Origin: a virus
IMG/VR virus record: IMGVR_UViG_3300045988_014525
DNA: 64,000 bases
Reading direction: 5' to 3' (one strand)
This document shows positions 63,396-64,000 of the stretch, piece after piece (the stretch's first letter is position 1; each line of letters opens with the position of its first letter). The notes under the pieces were generated by a model. The model had not been told where the DNA came from and ran no database searches. It was given only the letters and a program-made list of their open reading frames with translations. A program made the translations under genes and the position numbers.

Positions 63396-63542
63396 ATGAT
63401 TAAAAAAAGAATTAGAATTGGTCGTAGTGAAAGACTTTATAGTCTAGTAGCTTTTACACTTAACACTGTTAATACTGTTAAGTTGTTGCAAATTGAATCA
63501 CGTAGAAGAATATCGACTTATGGCAAATCAGATAGAGTTTAA
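63396..63542 (+). CDS. possible 48-aa basic peptide
   Basis: Hand translation gives MIKKRIRIGRSERLYSLVAFTLNTVNTVKLLQIESRRRISTYGKSDRV. It overlaps the next gene start by 23 nt. Confidence 0.3.
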   Translation: MIKKRIRIGRSERLYSLVAFTLNTVNTVKLLQIESRRRISTYGKSDRV

Positions 63543-63837
63543 CGTAGATAGCGAAGGTAGAATAGAAACTACTTTCGCTAATTGTATTATATGTGGTAAT
63601 AAATCTATTAGTATAGGTTCTACTAACTATAATATATGTCCTGAATGTACTGAAGTTCTAGAATCTGGTAAAAACTGTCTTGTTATTGAAGATCTTTATC
63701 ATGATGAACAAAAGGTAATAGGTGGTAGAGCTATGATTCTTGAATCTGCTGCTATTAACGCTAAATCTTCTGTTGTTGTAATGTCTAAGAAGGAATTCGA
63801 ACAATTATATAAAATCTATGTATCTAAAATGAATTAG
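63520..63837 (+). CDS. 105-aa zinc-ribbon protein
   Basis: The track ORF starts at a TTG at 63493. The ATG at 63520 gives MANQIEF. The protein has CIICGN...CPEC (CxxC-x16-CxxC). Confidence 0.65.
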   Translation: MANQIEFNVDSEGRIETTFANCIICGNKSISIGSTNYNICPECTEVLESGKNCLVIEDLYHDEQKVIGGRAMILESAAINAKSSVVVMSKKEFEQLYKIYVSKMN

Positions 63838-63839
63838 TT

Positions 63840-64000
63840 ATGGAAATAGATCTTTATGATTATATTTATCCAGATGGAGTAGTAGATGTTCGAGTAGGTG
63901 AATACAAAGCTGTTATTAGTAATGATTTTGCTAATAACAGCTTTATTGTTATATTTACTGAACCTATTCCTAATTTAGTAGCTAGAAAGTTTGAAATACC
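63840..64000 (+). CDS. N-terminal fragment of a protein running off the right edge
   Basis: The ATG at 63840 lies 2 nt after the previous stop. The frame stays open to the window end (MEIDLYDYIYPDGVVDVRVGEYKAV...). Confidence 0.6.
   Translation, partial: MEIDLYDYIYPDGVVDVRVGEYKAVISNDFANNSFIVIFTEPIPNLVARKFEI

Noticed and set aside
1-64000. Stop-codon reassignment (TAG or TGA recoding), as reported for some crAss-like phages.
   Set aside because: All large late genes, including the 2626-aa and 2000-aa ORFs, are uninterrupted under the standard code, and gaps between genes are tiny. There is no evidence for recoding in this window.
1-64000. Diversity-generating retroelement, integrase or lysogeny module, and self-splicing introns or inteins in terL, the capsid gene or the portal gene.
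   Set aside because: There is no ORF with reverse-transcriptase (YxDD) or recombinase signatures, and I noticed no template/variable repeat pair. The terL, portal and capsid ORFs are continuous.

Overview
This is an AT-rich (about 30% G+C by eye) dsDNA phage segment. Positions 1-56386 form an almost gap-free minus-strand block. In transcription order it carries small middle-type genes including a PD-(D/E)XK nuclease, a putative lysis cassette, large terminase, portal, a scaffold-like protein and the major capsid protein. These are followed by head/connector-size genes, five very large fibre/tail proteins (940, 1166, 2626, 1593 and 1279 aa) and giant virion proteins (907 aa, 2000 aa, and one truncated at the left edge). 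Positions 56387-57821 are a repeat- and palindrome-rich divergent control region. Positions 57822-64000 carry small plus-strand genes: a lipoprotein, coiled-coil and membrane proteins, and a zinc-ribbon protein. Gene order, protein sizes, Bacteroidota-type TAnnTTTG boxes and lipoboxes fit a crAss-like (Crassvirales) podophage, but this is inference without a database search. The standard genetic code suffices. I saw no rRNA, tRNA, CRISPR array, integrase or reverse transcriptase. The most unusual signal is a 16-23 nt GC-rich element (core CCCCCGTAA). It occurs in at least 23 copies in both orientations, mostly inside ORFs in an almost fixed reading frame, with inverted pairs in intergenic regions. 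Other points of interest are conserved structured intergenic islands, a 28-nt early-promoter-like repeat, iteron-like 12-mers, a spanin-like overlapping gene pair, and modular fibres with lectin-like, LRR and phosphoesterase domains.
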